A stretch of 63,296 nt of DNA from Deltaproteobacteria bacterium (GCA_046583395.1 JAYGCK010000079.1:1-63296), one strand, 5' to 3'; shown: positions 38,787 through 48,583, counted from the first letter of the stretch. Made by a program: numbers and translations. The notes: generated by a model not told the origin, from the sequence alone.

Positions 38787-40075
38787 GCGGACCGGAGCGA
38801 GCCAGGGGTGCTGTGGCGAGTCTACAGGCGGCCGCTTATCGCGGGGCTGCAGCTTGGGTGCTTCTCTATCATCGAGTGGCGGCCGGCTTGGGCGATGAAC
38901 CGCGCCGGACCCGCTACTCCGAACGTTTGGGACGATGGGCCGGGTTCGAGGCCTCGGCCGGGCCTCTGGTGTGGGTCCACGCGGCCTCGGTCGGCGAGGT
39001 CGCGGTCGCGGCCGTTCTGATTGGCGGACTGCGGCGGACGCGCTCCGGCCTCCGCGTCCTTTTGACCTGCAACACCGCTACCGGTCGTGCGGCCGCCCAA
39101 ACAGCGGGTGCCGACGAGACACGCTACCTTCCCCTCGACCACCCGCGAATCGTTCGTGCGGTCATTGAGCGGGTCTGTCCCACACTGTTCATCTTCGTGG
39201 AGACCGAGATATGGCCCCATCTCCTGGCCGAGCTCGGACGACGCGGCATTCCCAAGGTGATGGTCAACGCACGTATATCCGAGCGCAGCTATCTGCGTTA
39301 CCTACGGGTGCGCGCCATGCTTCGTGGAGCGCTTGGCGGGGTCGAGCTGTTCTGTGTTCGCGACCCGGAGTCGGCTGCACGCCTGGAGCGGCTCGGTGCG
39401 TCGGCCCAACGCTTGCTGACGACCGGTGATATGAAGTTTGATGCCATCGAGGAGGCCGGCTCGGAGGACCTGCTCGGTCCTCTCGCCGGCGGCGACGCGG
39501 TCGTGGTCGCGGCTTCGACCAGGGAAGGTGAGGAGGCGCTCTTGCTCGAGGCCTTCGCGCCGTTGGCGGGCCAGGGCTTGCGCCTGGTCTTGGCCCCTCG
39601 CCATCCCGAACGAGCTCGGGCCGTCTCTCGTCTTGCCATCGAACGTGGTCTCAGGGTGCTGGCTTGGAGCACGGCGGTCGGGACCGGGGAGCAGCCGGTA
39701 TCGCAATGGCAGGTGCTCGTAGTCGATAGCGTCGGCCAGTTGCGTGGTTTTATGAAGGCCGCTCGCGGTGTTTTCGTGGGCGGGACCTTGGTGCCGGTCG
39801 GCGGACACAATCTCCTTGAGCCCGCCTCTTTCGGTGTCCCGGTCGCCGTTGGCCCTCATCTGGCCAACGTCCGCTCCCAGGCCGCGTCCTTGGCGGCCAA
39901 CGATGCGCTTTCGGTCGTCGATGGCCCCGAGGCGCTTTCCGCGCTCTGGGTCGATTGGTTGGCCCGTCCCGAGATGGCTCGTGCCAACGGGCGGCGCGCC
40001 CTCGAGGTGGTAGAGCAGGGCAGGGGGGCGCTAAAACGGACGCTGGAGGCGCTGACTCCCTACCTGGGGGCATGA
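38783..40075 (+). CDS. waaA: Kdo transferase
   Basis: WVHAASVGEV, YLPLD, ETEIWP, NARIS...Y, GDMKFD, LAPRHPER, GGHNLLEPA. Confidence 0.95.
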   Translation: MSGPERARGAVASLQAAAYRGAAAWVLLYHRVAAGLGDEPRRTRYSERLGRWAGFEASAGPLVWVHAASVGEVAVAAVLIGGLRRTRSGLRVLLTCNTATGRAAAQTAGADETRYLPLDHPRIVRAVIERVCPTLFIFVETEIWPHLLAELGRRGIPKVMVNARISERSYLRYLRVRAMLRGALGGVELFCVRDPESAARLERLGASAQRLLTTGDMKFDAIEEAGSEDLLGPLAGGDAVVVAASTREGEEALLLEAFAPLAGQGLRLVLAPRHPERARAVSRLAIERGLRVLAWSTAVGTGEQPVSQWQVLVVDSVGQLRGFMKAARGVFVGGTLVPVGGHNLLEPASFGVPVAVGPHLANVRSQAASLAANDALSVVDGPEALSALWVDWLARPEMARANGRRALEVVEQGRGALKRTLEALTPYLGA

Positions 40076-41088
40076 CCCTGATGCGTCGTTCGATAATGGC
40101 CGCCCTGTTGGCCCTGTGGTACCCGGGCCCCGGTGGTAACGGCCCGGCCCTCTTCCTTGCCCGTCTACTGCTGTTACCCCTGAGCCTTGTTTACGGGGTT
40201 GTGGTCCTCTTGCGCGGGCTGCTCTACGACGCGGGTCTGTTGCGCGTGTTCGACGTCGGTGTGCCGGTGGTCAGCGTCGGTTCAATCTCGGTCGGTGGCG
40301 CCGGTAAGACGCCGCTGGTGATTTGGTTGATCGAACGATGCCGCGCGCTGGGCAGAACGCCCGTGGTAGTAAGCCGTGGCTATGGCGCGGCCGGCGAGGG
40401 GGTCACTGTAATCGAGACCGGTTCGAGGCAGGGCGCCGACGAAGCGCTGATGGTGGTGGCCAGGACCGGGTGTCCGGTGGTTACTGCGGCAGACCGGGTC
40501 GCGGCCGGTCGCACGGCCATCGAACGTTTCGCCCCAGATCTCATCATCATCGATGATGGTTTCCAGCACCGTCGCATGTCGCGGTCGGTCGATCTGGTGC
40601 TGGCGCCCGTCCCCGACGAAAGGTTGCTGCTTCCTGCCGGACCGCTGCGAGAACCGCGCCGGGCCCTGGGCCGGGCCGGTCTCGTGGTCAGGACGGAAAC
40701 CCGGACGGTCGGCCTTGTGGCAAGCGCGAGCGACCCGGACAGCCGGGCCGGCGCCGTGGCCGGGCTTGCCGGCCGGCGGGTGTTGGCGGTGGCCGGACTT
40801 GCCCGGCCCGAGGCTTTTTTGGCCTCCGTTCGGGACTCCGGGGCCAGCGAGGTCCTGCCGCTCCTATTCCCAGACCATCAGGTCTACGGGGAAAGAGAGG
40901 TCGGGATGATTCGTCGCAGCGCCGCGGCCTGTGATCTTATTGTGACCACCGAGAAGGACCTGGTGAAACTCGAAGATGCGGACCTCGGTGGGAGTTCAGT
41001 GGTAGCTTTGCGTGTCCGGTCTCTGCCGGACGCGGCTGAAAAGCTCGACGAACTCATTGCCGGACTTGACCGGAACCGAGGCCACTAG
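40072..41088 (+). CDS. lpxK: Tetraacyldisaccharide 4'-kinase
   Basis: VSVGSISVGGAGKTP, SRGYG, DDGFQH, LLPAGPLRE, FPDH, TTEKD. ATG at 40072. Confidence 0.93.
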   Translation: MTLMRRSIMAALLALWYPGPGGNGPALFLARLLLLPLSLVYGVVVLLRGLLYDAGLLRVFDVGVPVVSVGSISVGGAGKTPLVIWLIERCRALGRTPVVVSRGYGAAGEGVTVIETGSRQGADEALMVVARTGCPVVTAADRVAAGRTAIERFAPDLIIIDDGFQHRRMSRSVDLVLAPVPDERLLLPAGPLREPRRALGRAGLVVRTETRTVGLVASASDPDSRAGAVAGLAGRRVLAVAGLARPEAFLASVRDSGASEVLPLLFPDHQVYGEREVGMIRRSAAACDLIVTTEKDLVKLEDADLGGSSVVALRVRSLPDAAEKLDELIAGLDRNRGH

Positions 41089-41126
41089 CATCATCGCATG
41101 AGCCGTCGTTCGGGCGGCCCCACACC

Positions 41127-42068
41127 ATGAAAGCTCTCGTAACCGGTGCCGCGGGGTTTGTCGGCTCGCATCTCTGCGAGGGGCTATTGGCAGAGGGCCA
41201 CGAGGTCAGAGGTGTCGATTGTTTTCTGCCTTACTACCCGCGCAGCATAAAGGAGGCCAATCTGGCCGGTGCACGTGGCCATTCCTCGTTCGAGTTCCAC
41301 GAAGCCGACCTGGTGACCGCCGATCTGGCACCGCTGCTCGATGGCATCGACTGTGTCTTCCACCTGGCCGCGCAGGCCGGAGTGCGGACCAGCTGGGGTG
41401 AGGACTTTCGAATCTACAGCGACAACAACGTGTATGCCACGCAACGTCTGCTCGAGGCATGCAAGGGGAGCGGGGGACCGGGCCGTTTCGTCTATGCCTC
41501 ATCCTCCTCGGTCTATGGTGATAGCGAGGACCTCCCCGTCAGCGAGTCCTCGCCGACGCGTCCGGTCTCGCCCTACGGGGTCACCAAGTTGGCGGCCGAG
41601 CATCTGGCCTGGCTCTACTGGAAGAACTATGAGGTTCCGACCGTGTCGCTGCGATACTTCACGGTCTACGGGCCGCGCCAGCGCCCCGATATGGCGTTCC
41701 ATCGCTTTATCTCGGCGGCGCTCGGGGGCGACACGGTCTCGCTTTACGGCGACGGGTCGCAGTCGCGCGATTTCACCTTCGTTGCGGACATAGTTGCCGC
41801 CAATATCGCGGCGGCAACGGCCGACGCGGTGGGCCGGAGCTTTAATATCGGGGGAGGGACCCGCGCCACGGTCAACGAGGTTCTCGAGACGGTCGGTCGT
41901 ATCGTCGGAAATCCGGTTCCGGTCACACGCCATGACGTTCAAAAGGGTGATGTCAGACACACTGCCGCCGATACCTCGGCGGCGCGCTCCGCGCTAGGCT
42001 TCGCGCCGGCGGTGGGCTTGGAAGAAGGTCTATCGCGGCACGCCGATTCTCTCAAGGACAGCGCCTGA
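41127..42068 (+). CDS. NAD-dependent nucleotide-sugar epimerase (UDP-glucuronate 4-epimerase-like extended SDR)
   Basis: TGAAGFVG, HLAAQAGVR, ASSSSVYG, YGVTK, FTVYGPRQRPDMA, RDFTFV. Confidence 0.85.
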   Translation: MKALVTGAAGFVGSHLCEGLLAEGHEVRGVDCFLPYYPRSIKEANLAGARGHSSFEFHEADLVTADLAPLLDGIDCVFHLAAQAGVRTSWGEDFRIYSDNNVYATQRLLEACKGSGGPGRFVYASSSSVYGDSEDLPVSESSPTRPVSPYGVTKLAAEHLAWLYWKNYEVPTVSLRYFTVYGPRQRPDMAFHRFISAALGGDTVSLYGDGSQSRDFTFVADIVAANIAAATADAVGRSFNIGGGTRATVNEVLETVGRIVGNPVPVTRHDVQKGDVRHTAADTSAARSALGFAPAVGLEEGLSRHADSLKDSA

Positions 42069-42090
42069 GCGGCGGGGGTTCCGACCCGTC

Positions 42091-42810
42091 GTGAAGCTCC
42101 CCCACGGTTACGCCGAGCGCCAACAGGGGTCGTTGCGCGTTATCGCCCGGCCGCCGGAGCTGGACGAAATGGCGGCGCTGTTGACCGGTCCTGCTCGCAG
42201 TCTGGCGCAACACTCCGAGGGTCAAGAGGACGGGCTGGGCCGCGGTGCGGCCCAGCGTTTTCTACTGTCGGGGGGCGGGGCTGTGTACGTTCGTAAATAT
42301 TTGCGCGGCGGCATGGTCCGTCATTTCAACCGGGACCGTTACTTGAGACGCCCACCGCGCCCGGTTCGGGAACTTATAGTGACCGAGCAGGCTCGCGCGG
42401 CTGGTTGTCCGGTGCCGGCCGTGATGGCCGCCTGTGTGGAGGCGGCCGGTCTCTTTTACCGTGGCTGGCTGGTCACCCGGGCCATCGAGCCCGCGCTCAC
42501 CCTTTTTGCCGCCCTCGATGCCGCACCGGACCGGCAAGAACGTGGCGCTATTCTCGAGGCGGCCGGAGTCGCGGTACGCTCGCTTCACTCGGCCGGCGTC
42601 TACCATCCCGACCTGACTGGCGATAATCTGTTGGTCGGCCCGGGCAACGCGGTAAGCGTGATAGACCTCGACCGGGCCTTTACCGGGCGTGTCGGGTCAT
42701 CTCGATTGGCCGAGCGGGGGCTGGCCCGGCTGTGGCGGTCCTTGGAAAAGGGCGGCGGGGCCATGGCGGACGAAGAAAGGCGTTGGCTCGAAAGGGGTTA
42801 TCGGGGGTAG
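42091..42810 (+). CDS. kdkA: Kdo kinase (KdkA)/LPS kinase family protein
   Basis: VRKYLRGG, DRY...REL, YRGWLVT, catalytic YHPDLTGDNLL, VIDLDR. Confidence 0.75.
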   Translation: MKLPHGYAERQQGSLRVIARPPELDEMAALLTGPARSLAQHSEGQEDGLGRGAAQRFLLSGGGAVYVRKYLRGGMVRHFNRDRYLRRPPRPVRELIVTEQARAAGCPVPAVMAACVEAAGLFYRGWLVTRAIEPALTLFAALDAAPDRQERGAILEAAGVAVRSLHSAGVYHPDLTGDNLLVGPGNAVSVIDLDRAFTGRVGSSRLAERGLARLWRSLEKGGGAMADEERRWLERGYRG

Positions 42811-42822
42811 GATGCAGCCGCG

Positions 42823-43695
42823 ATGAAGAGCATGACCGGGTATGGGAGTTCTGAGGGGGTTTCGGGGCAGGCAGGCCTGTTCGTCGAGGTGCGGTCGGTC
42901 AACCAGCGCTTCCTCGATGTAAAGCTGTCGGCTCCCAAGGAGTACGGGCCTTGGGAGGCCGAATTGCGCCGGCGCGTGGGTGCGGTGGTGTCACGCGGAA
43001 GGGTCGATGTCTACATCGGGCGCAACGGCGGGGTCCGCAGGGGCAAGGTCGAGATCAACCGGGACGCCGCGGCTGAATGGGTCAAGGTGTGGAAGAAGTT
43101 AAAACGTGAGTTCGGGCTTGCCGGGGAACTCGATCTCGCGCTCTTGCAGGGGCGCAGCGAGGTGTTCCAAAGCGGCGAGCGGAAGCGTCCCTCGGCCGCG
43201 GAGCTTCGCGAGCTAAAGCGCGTGCTCGACGAGGCGCTGGCCGACCACGCCGAGCAGCGTGAGCGCGAAGGCGCCCATCTGTGCCGGGACATGTTGAGGA
43301 GTCTCCGTGCGCTAAAATCGCTGACCGGCAAGACCAGCCGGCGCACGGCCGGACACGCGGCAAGGACACGCAAGCGGATCGAGACAAGGGTCCGCGAATT
43401 GGTGGGTAACGGCAATATCGACAACGCGCGTTTGGTGCAGGAGGCGGCGGTGTTGGCCGACCGCGCCGACGTCAACGAGGAACTGGTGCGTTTGGCCAAC
43501 CACCTCGACGCGCTCGAAGATCTGCTCGGCAGCGACCGCGCGGCGGGCAAGAAAATCGATTTCGTTCTTCAAGAGGTCAACCGCGAGCTCAACACCGTTG
43601 CATCGAAGGCCGACGACCTCGTTGTGACAAATCTGATGGTCGACGCCAAGGCCGAGGTCGAACGCTTGCGCGAGCAGGTCCAGAACCTGGAATAG
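42823..43695 (+). CDS. yicC: YicC/YloC-family endoribonuclease
   Basis: MKSMTGYG, EVRSVNQRFLD, RGRVD, DVNEELVRL, GKKIDFVLQEVNRELNT, REQVQNLE. Confidence 0.93.
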   Translation: MKSMTGYGSSEGVSGQAGLFVEVRSVNQRFLDVKLSAPKEYGPWEAELRRRVGAVVSRGRVDVYIGRNGGVRRGKVEINRDAAAEWVKVWKKLKREFGLAGELDLALLQGRSEVFQSGERKRPSAAELRELKRVLDEALADHAEQREREGAHLCRDMLRSLRALKSLTGKTSRRTAGHAARTRKRIETRVRELVGNGNIDNARLVQEAAVLADRADVNEELVRLANHLDALEDLLGSDRAAGKKIDFVLQEVNRELNTVASKADDLVVTNLMVDAKAEVERLREQVQNLE

Positions 43696-43699
43696 CAGC

Positions 43700-44338
43700 G
43701 TGTCCCGCCGCGACACCGCGCGCCCCGGCCTCTATATCGTCTCCGGTCCTTCGGGGGCGGGCAAGACCAGTGTGTGTGGCCCTTTGCTGGCCAGCATCGG
43801 TTCGGTGGAGCCCGGGGTCTCCGTGACGACCCGCCGGGCCCGTGCCGGCGAACGCGAGGGTCAGGACTACCGTTTCGTCGATGCCGCGACCTTTGATGCG
43901 ATGGTGGCCGCCGGTGAGTTTGCCGAGTGGGCTGAGGTGCACGGGAATCGCTACGGGACCACCTGTCGTTCCATTGAGGAGCCGGTCGAGGGCGGCCGCG
44001 CGGTCCTGCTCGACATCGATGTTCAGGGGGCACGTCAACTGCGAGCGCTTTACCCGGACGCGGTCACGGTCTTCCTGATGCCGCCTTCCCCGGAGGTTCT
44101 CGAGCAGCGTCTTGCTGCCCGCGGGACCGAGGCCCACGCCGATCTGGAACTGCGGTTGGCCACGGCTTGTAGCGAGATTGCCGAGGCGGCCAATTACGAT
44201 TACGTGATAGTCAACGACGACCTCGACACCGCGGCCGGCGAGTTGAGGTCCCTGGTGGTCGATGGTCCGGACCGCCAGTCGCGCCACCCTTCGGAACGTA
44301 TTCGGGGCCTTGTTGCAGCGTTTGGGGCGCGCCGGTGA
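43700..44338 (+). CDS. gmk: Guanylate kinase
   Basis: SGPSGAGKT, VTTRRARAGEREGQDYRF, EWAEVHGNRYGT, DIDVQGA, YDYVIVND. Confidence 0.96.
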   Translation: MSRRDTARPGLYIVSGPSGAGKTSVCGPLLASIGSVEPGVSVTTRRARAGEREGQDYRFVDAATFDAMVAAGEFAEWAEVHGNRYGTTCRSIEEPVEGGRAVLLDIDVQGARQLRALYPDAVTVFLMPPSPEVLEQRLAARGTEAHADLELRLATACSEIAEAANYDYVIVNDDLDTAAGELRSLVVDGPDRQSRHPSERIRGLVAAFGARR

Positions 44339-46500
44339 GCGTTCAGGGCCTCATCGGGGCCATCCACGCATACAACCCCGATGCCGACCGTGGGTTGGTC
44401 GAGCACGCCTATCGCTTTTCGGCCAGGGTCCACGAAGGCCAGAAGCGTGCGTCGGGCGAGCCGTATCTCACGCACCCGTTGGCCGTGGCCACCATCCTGG
44501 CCGAACTCAGGCTCGATACCGCCACGGTCATCACGGGACTTCTTCACGATACGGTCGAGGATACCTTGGTCACCTTGGAGGAACTGCGCGACGAGTTCGG
44601 TGGTGAGGTTGCGGCCCTCGTCGACGGGGTCACCAAGATAAGTCTGATGGAGGCCGGTCACGACGAGCAGGGGAGAGTCGAGGCCGAGAGCGTTCGCAAG
44701 ATGTTCCTGGCCAGTGCCCGCGATGCGCGTGTGCTTCTGGTCAAGCTGGCCGACCGGGCCCACAACATGCGGACCATCGACCACCTGCCTGATGAAAAGC
44801 AGGAGCGGGTCGCGCAAGAGACCCTCGATCTCTACGCCCCACTGGCCCACCGGTTGGGTGTTCACTGGCTAAAGACCGAGCTCGAGGAGACGGCCTTCCG
44901 GGTGCTGTGGGCCGAGCAGTACGCCGCTATCGGGGAGTATCTAGCCAACCGGCGGGTCGAACGGGAAGGTTATATCGCAGAGGTCTCGGGCTTGCTTGCC
45001 AAGCAACTCGAACAGGGCGGAATCGAGGCCGAGGTCAGTGGACGGCCAAAGAGTCCTTACTCTATTTTTTGCAAAATGGAGGAGCAGGGCCTCGGTTACG
45101 AGGAACTCCATGACCTGGTCGCGTTCCGCGTGCTCGTTGATTCCGAACGCGATTGCTACGACGCCCTCGGTGTAGTCCATATCAACTGGCGGCCGGTGCC
45201 GGGACGTTTCCGCGATTACGTCGCTCTGCCCAAGACCAACCTTTATCAGTCGCTCCACACCACCGTTATCGGTCCCTACGGCGAGCGCATGGAGGTGCAG
45301 TTTCGCACCCATGAGATGCACAGGGTGGCCGAGCACGGACTGGCCGCTCATTGGCGTTACAAGGGGGGGCGTTCGGACAACGGTTCGGGCCATGGCCAAG
45401 GAGAAGCGGCCGAGCAGACCGATTGGTTGCAGCGTCTTCTCGAATCGCCCCAGCAGGTCGATGACCCCCGACAGTTCCTCGACACCGTCAAGGAGGACCT
45501 GTTTGCCGACGAGATAATGGTGTTTACCCCGAAGGGCGAGCCCCTGAGCTTCCCCAAGGGCCACACGGTCGTCGACTTTGCCTACCGTATTCACAGTGAC
45601 ATTGGCGACCATTGTGCGGGCGCTCGTGTCAACGGGCAGCTGACCGCGCTTCGCTACCGTTTGCAGCCGGGCGACACGGTCGAGGTCCTTACTACCGAAG
45701 ACCAGCAGCCTTCGCGCGATTGGCTCAAGTTCGTGAGGTCGGGCAGGGCGCGGGCGCGGATAACGGCCATGCTTCGCCAGGTCGAACGGCGCAAGGCGAT
45801 TGCGCTAGGCCGTGAGATCCTCGAACGCGACCTGGCCCGCCATCAGCTCGACCTGGCCCGTTTGCGGCGCGAGGGCCGCATGGCCGAGGTCCTGAAGCGG
45901 TTCAAGCGTCCCGACGAAGAGTCCTTCTACGAGGCCGTCGGCTTTGGCCGTACTACGGCCCGCCAGGTCATCGAGTTCCTGCTGCCGGGGCAGGCCGAGG
46001 AGGCCTCCCGGTCGCGGAGCAAACTAAAGACCTTGTTCGGGTTGTTCGAGCGACGACCGCGCAAGGGGGTCGTTATCGCCGCCGACGAGGACCTGGTCAT
46101 ACGTTTCGGCAAATGTTGCGAGCCTCTTCCGGGGGAAGGTATCGTCGGTTTTCTCACGCGCGGTTCGGGCGTGACCGTGCATGCGGTTGGTTGCCAGAGG
46201 TTCACGGGTACCAATCCCGACCGCCGTGTGGAGGTCAGTTGGGAGAAAGCGGCGAGGGCGCCCCGGCGGGTGAAGATTCAGGTCACCTCGCGCGACCGCC
46301 CGGGTATGCTGGCCGGGATGAGCCAGGCTATCGCGGCTGCGGGGGTCAACATAGACAAGGTCCATACAAAGAAGGGGGGAGAGGGGGCCGCGATGAACGT
46401 GTTCGAACTGACACTGTTCAACGTCAGCGAGTTCGAGCGTATAGAGCGTAACCTCAGGCGTGTTCCGGGGGTCAAGAGCGTGGAAAGGCTGCGGACCTAG
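44335..46500 (+). CDS. spoT: Bifunctional (p)ppGpp synthetase/hydrolase (long RSH)
   Basis: Intact hydrolase HD motif (LLHDTVED), synthetase GRPKS...YQSLHT...EVQFRT, TGS (DFAYRIH), CCEPLPG, C-terminal ACT. Confidence 0.96.
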   Translation: MSVQGLIGAIHAYNPDADRGLVEHAYRFSARVHEGQKRASGEPYLTHPLAVATILAELRLDTATVITGLLHDTVEDTLVTLEELRDEFGGEVAALVDGVTKISLMEAGHDEQGRVEAESVRKMFLASARDARVLLVKLADRAHNMRTIDHLPDEKQERVAQETLDLYAPLAHRLGVHWLKTELEETAFRVLWAEQYAAIGEYLANRRVEREGYIAEVSGLLAKQLEQGGIEAEVSGRPKSPYSIFCKMEEQGLGYEELHDLVAFRVLVDSERDCYDALGVVHINWRPVPGRFRDYVALPKTNLYQSLHTTVIGPYGERMEVQFRTHEMHRVAEHGLAAHWRYKGGRSDNGSGHGQGEAAEQTDWLQRLLESPQQVDDPRQFLDTVKEDLFADEIMVFTPKGEPLSFPKGHTVVDFAYRIHSDIGDHCAGARVNGQLTALRYRLQPGDTVEVLTTEDQQPSRDWLKFVRSGRARARITAMLRQVERRKAIALGREILERDLARHQLDLARLRREGRMAEVLKRFKRPDEESFYEAVGFGRTTARQVIEFLLPGQAEEASRSRSKLKTLFGLFERRPRKGVVIAADEDLVIRFGKCCEPLPGEGIVGFLTRGSGVTVHAVGCQRFTGTNPDRRVEVSWEKAARAPRRVKIQVTSRDRPGMLAGMSQAIAAAGVNIDKVHTKKGGEGAAMNVFELTLFNVSEFERIERNLRRVPGVKSVERLRT

Positions 46501-46895
46501 TGGGCTCCCAGCGAAAACGTCCGGTCGACACCGGCGATGCTCCTGCGGCCATAGGGCCCTATTCGCAGGCGGTCGCAGCCGGGGGCTGGCTTTTTTGCTC
46601 CGGCCAGCTCGGCTTGGACCCGGCCACCGGTGAGCTGGTCCCGGGGGGGATTGAGGAACAGGGGCGTCGCGCGATGGCCAATCTCGGAGCCGTGCTCGAA
46701 GCGGCCGGTTTGGCCTTCGAGGACCTGGCCAAGCTCACGGTTTACATCACAGACATGTCCGGCTTCGCGGCCTTTAATGAGGTCTATGCGGAGTTCTTGT
46801 CGCAACCCTGGCCCGCACGTGCGGTCGTGGGGGCGGCCGCTTTGCCGAAGGGCGCCTTGGTGGAGATAGAGGGAGTAGCCCTGTTGCGTGACTGA
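46500..46895 (+). CDS. ridA: RidA/YjgF enamine-imine deaminase
   Basis: APAAIGPYSQA, FCSGQL, FNEVYAEF, PARAVV, LPKGALVEIE. Confidence 0.93.
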   Translation: MGSQRKRPVDTGDAPAAIGPYSQAVAAGGWLFCSGQLGLDPATGELVPGGIEEQGRRAMANLGAVLEAAGLAFEDLAKLTVYITDMSGFAAFNEVYAEFLSQPWPARAVVGAAALPKGALVEIEGVALLRD

Positions 46896-46899
46896 GAGG

Positions 46900-47091
46900 T
46901 CAGGCCGCCTTTACGACGCGGCCCGAGCGAATACAGCGAGTACAGACCAGAATGGTCTTTGTGGCGCCGTTGATGGTGGCCCGGACCTTCTGCAGGTTGG
47001 GGCTCCAGGTTCTCTTGGTCTTGTTGTTGGCGTGCGAGACCTTGTTCCCGACGCCGCGCCGCTTTGCGCATATCTGACATGTACGAGCCAC
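46900..47091 (-). CDS. rpmB: 50S ribosomal protein L28 (Cys-containing form)
   Basis: ARTCQIC...[20 protein letters not shown]...VCTRC. GTG at 47091 with a GGAG SD. Confidence 0.96.
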   Translation of the reverse strand: MARTCQICAKRRGVGNKVSHANNKTKRTWSPNLQKVRATINGATKTILVCTRCIRSGRVVKAA

Positions 47092-47122
47092 TTGTTTACT
47101 CCGTCCCCGACCGTGTCCCGGT

Positions 47123-47173
47123 TGGCTACCACGCACAGTCCTGATTGTAAATATCTATGAGCGCTGGTATCGC
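47123..47173. promoter_or_regulatory. Candidate overlapping divergent sigma70 promoters for rpmB and pgi
   Basis: AT-rich island. Plus strand: TTGTAA(47145)-17-TG.TATCGC. Minus strand: TTTACA(47151)-17-TG.TAGCCA. The two -35 boxes overlap. Confidence 0.35.
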
Positions 47174-47179
47174 CGCGAC

Positions 47180-48583
47180 GTGTCGGCGACCGCGTCTGCA
47201 GTCACGCTCGACGTCAACGGGCTCTTTGATCACATGATAGGTGACGGCGGTCTGGCCCGGGCCGACCTCGAGGGGGTATCGGACCGGGCGCTCGCCGTGG
47301 TCGGCGATATCGCCGACCGTCGTGGCCGGGGCGAGCTTCCGTTCCTCGATCTTCCTTACGACCAGCCGGCCATCGCAGAGGCTATCGACGAGGGTCGCCG
47401 TCTGTCCGGCAGGTTCTCGCGTATGCTGGTGCTCGGCATCGGCGGTTCCGCGCTTGGAACCCGTGCCGTCCTCGAGGCAATCTCGGCTTCGGCGCGCGGT
47501 GACGGCCTCGAGGTCGTTGTCCTAGATAACGTTGACCCGGCCTCGGTGATGGCCGCCATCGGCTCGTCTGACGGTAGCGGACTCGACGACTGTTGTGTCA
47601 ACGTGGTCTCCAAATCCGGTGTCACGGTCGAGACGATGGCCCAGTTCGCAATCGTACGTGAGCGGCTTGTCGCGCGTTTTGGCCAGGACGGTTATCGCGA
47701 AAGGATCGTGGCCACGACCGACCCTTCCGGCGGTACGCTCCGCGCGCTCGCTGACCGCGACGGACTTCGTTGTCTTCCGGTGCTGGCCGGGGTCGGCGGC
47801 CGTTTCTCGGTGCTGTCGGCGGTCGGCCTGATGCCGATAGCCGCGGCTGGTGTCGATGTCGAGGCCCTATGCGAGGGGGCTCGTGCCAGCGACCCGGCAG
47901 CTGCTGGCGTCCTGCTCGATGATGCGGCGGCCACCCACGCCGCGGTCCTTTATCTGGCGCTGACGCGGCTGGGGGCCAGCACCCAGGTCCTTATGCCCTA
48001 TGCCGACGGGCTGGCGGGCCTGGCCGACTGGTACGTACAGCTATGGGCCGAAAGTCTGGGCAAGAAGACCGCGCTCGACGGTTCTACCGTTGAGGCCGGA
48101 CAGACCCCGCTTGCCGCCCGTGGCGCGGCCGACCAGCACTCGCAACTGCAGCTGTTCATCGATGGACCTCGCGACAAGGTCGTCAGTTTTGTGCGGGTTG
48201 CGGAACACCCGGCAGGGGTTGCGATACCCGAGGGGACCGGCGGCATAGAAGACCTCGAGTGCTTGGCCGGTAGAGAGCTGGGCGAACTTTTGAACATTGA
48301 ACAGCGCGCCACTGAACTCGCGCTTGCCGACCAGCGGCGTCCAACGACCGTACTGGAGATTGCGCGGCTCGACGAGCGAAGTCTCGGCGGGCTGTTCTAT
48401 TTCCTCGAACGGCAAACCTTGGTCATGGCCGGGCTTCTCGGAATCGACCCTCTCGGCCAGCCGGGCGTCGAGAGCGGCAAACGGCTTGCCTACGCGATGG
48501 CCGGGCACGAAGCGCACGCCGAACTCAGAGTTTCGACCGAGCGTAGGCTCGCCGCCAAAAAGGCCGATCTTGTCCTTGCGTAG
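47180..48583 (+). CDS. pgi: Glucose-6-phosphate isomerase (short type)
   Basis: LGIGGSALG, SKSGVTVET, GGRFSVLS, QLWAESLGK, DQHSQLQLF, QPGVESGK. Confidence 0.94.
   Translation: MSATASAVTLDVNGLFDHMIGDGGLARADLEGVSDRALAVVGDIADRRGRGELPFLDLPYDQPAIAEAIDEGRRLSGRFSRMLVLGIGGSALGTRAVLEAISASARGDGLEVVVLDNVDPASVMAAIGSSDGSGLDDCCVNVVSKSGVTVETMAQFAIVRERLVARFGQDGYRERIVATTDPSGGTLRALADRDGLRCLPVLAGVGGRFSVLSAVGLMPIAAAGVDVEALCEGARASDPAAAGVLLDDAAATHAAVLYLALTRLGASTQVLMPYADGLAGLADWYVQLWAESLGKKTALDGSTVEAGQTPLAARGAADQHSQLQLFIDGPRDKVVSFVRVAEHPAGVAIPEGTGGIEDLECLAGRELGELLNIEQRATELALADQRRPTTVLEIARLDERSLGGLFYFLERQTLVMAGLLGIDPLGQPGVESGKRLAYAMAGHEAHAELRVSTERRLAAKKADLVLA

Noticed and set aside
41066-41094. Possible internal promoter TTGACC-17-CATCAT before the epimerase gene
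   Set aside because: The -35 lies within lpxK coding sequence and the -10 match is modest, so it is not distinguishable from chance without TSS data.
48297-48575. Long N-terminal extensions in track ORFs (mutL from 48297; also lpxI 33181, lpxK 39955, skp 32007, aroA 54388, gspH 20033)
   Set aside because: They overlap upstream genes and precede the conserved N-termini. They are ORF-caller over-extensions, not domain fusions.
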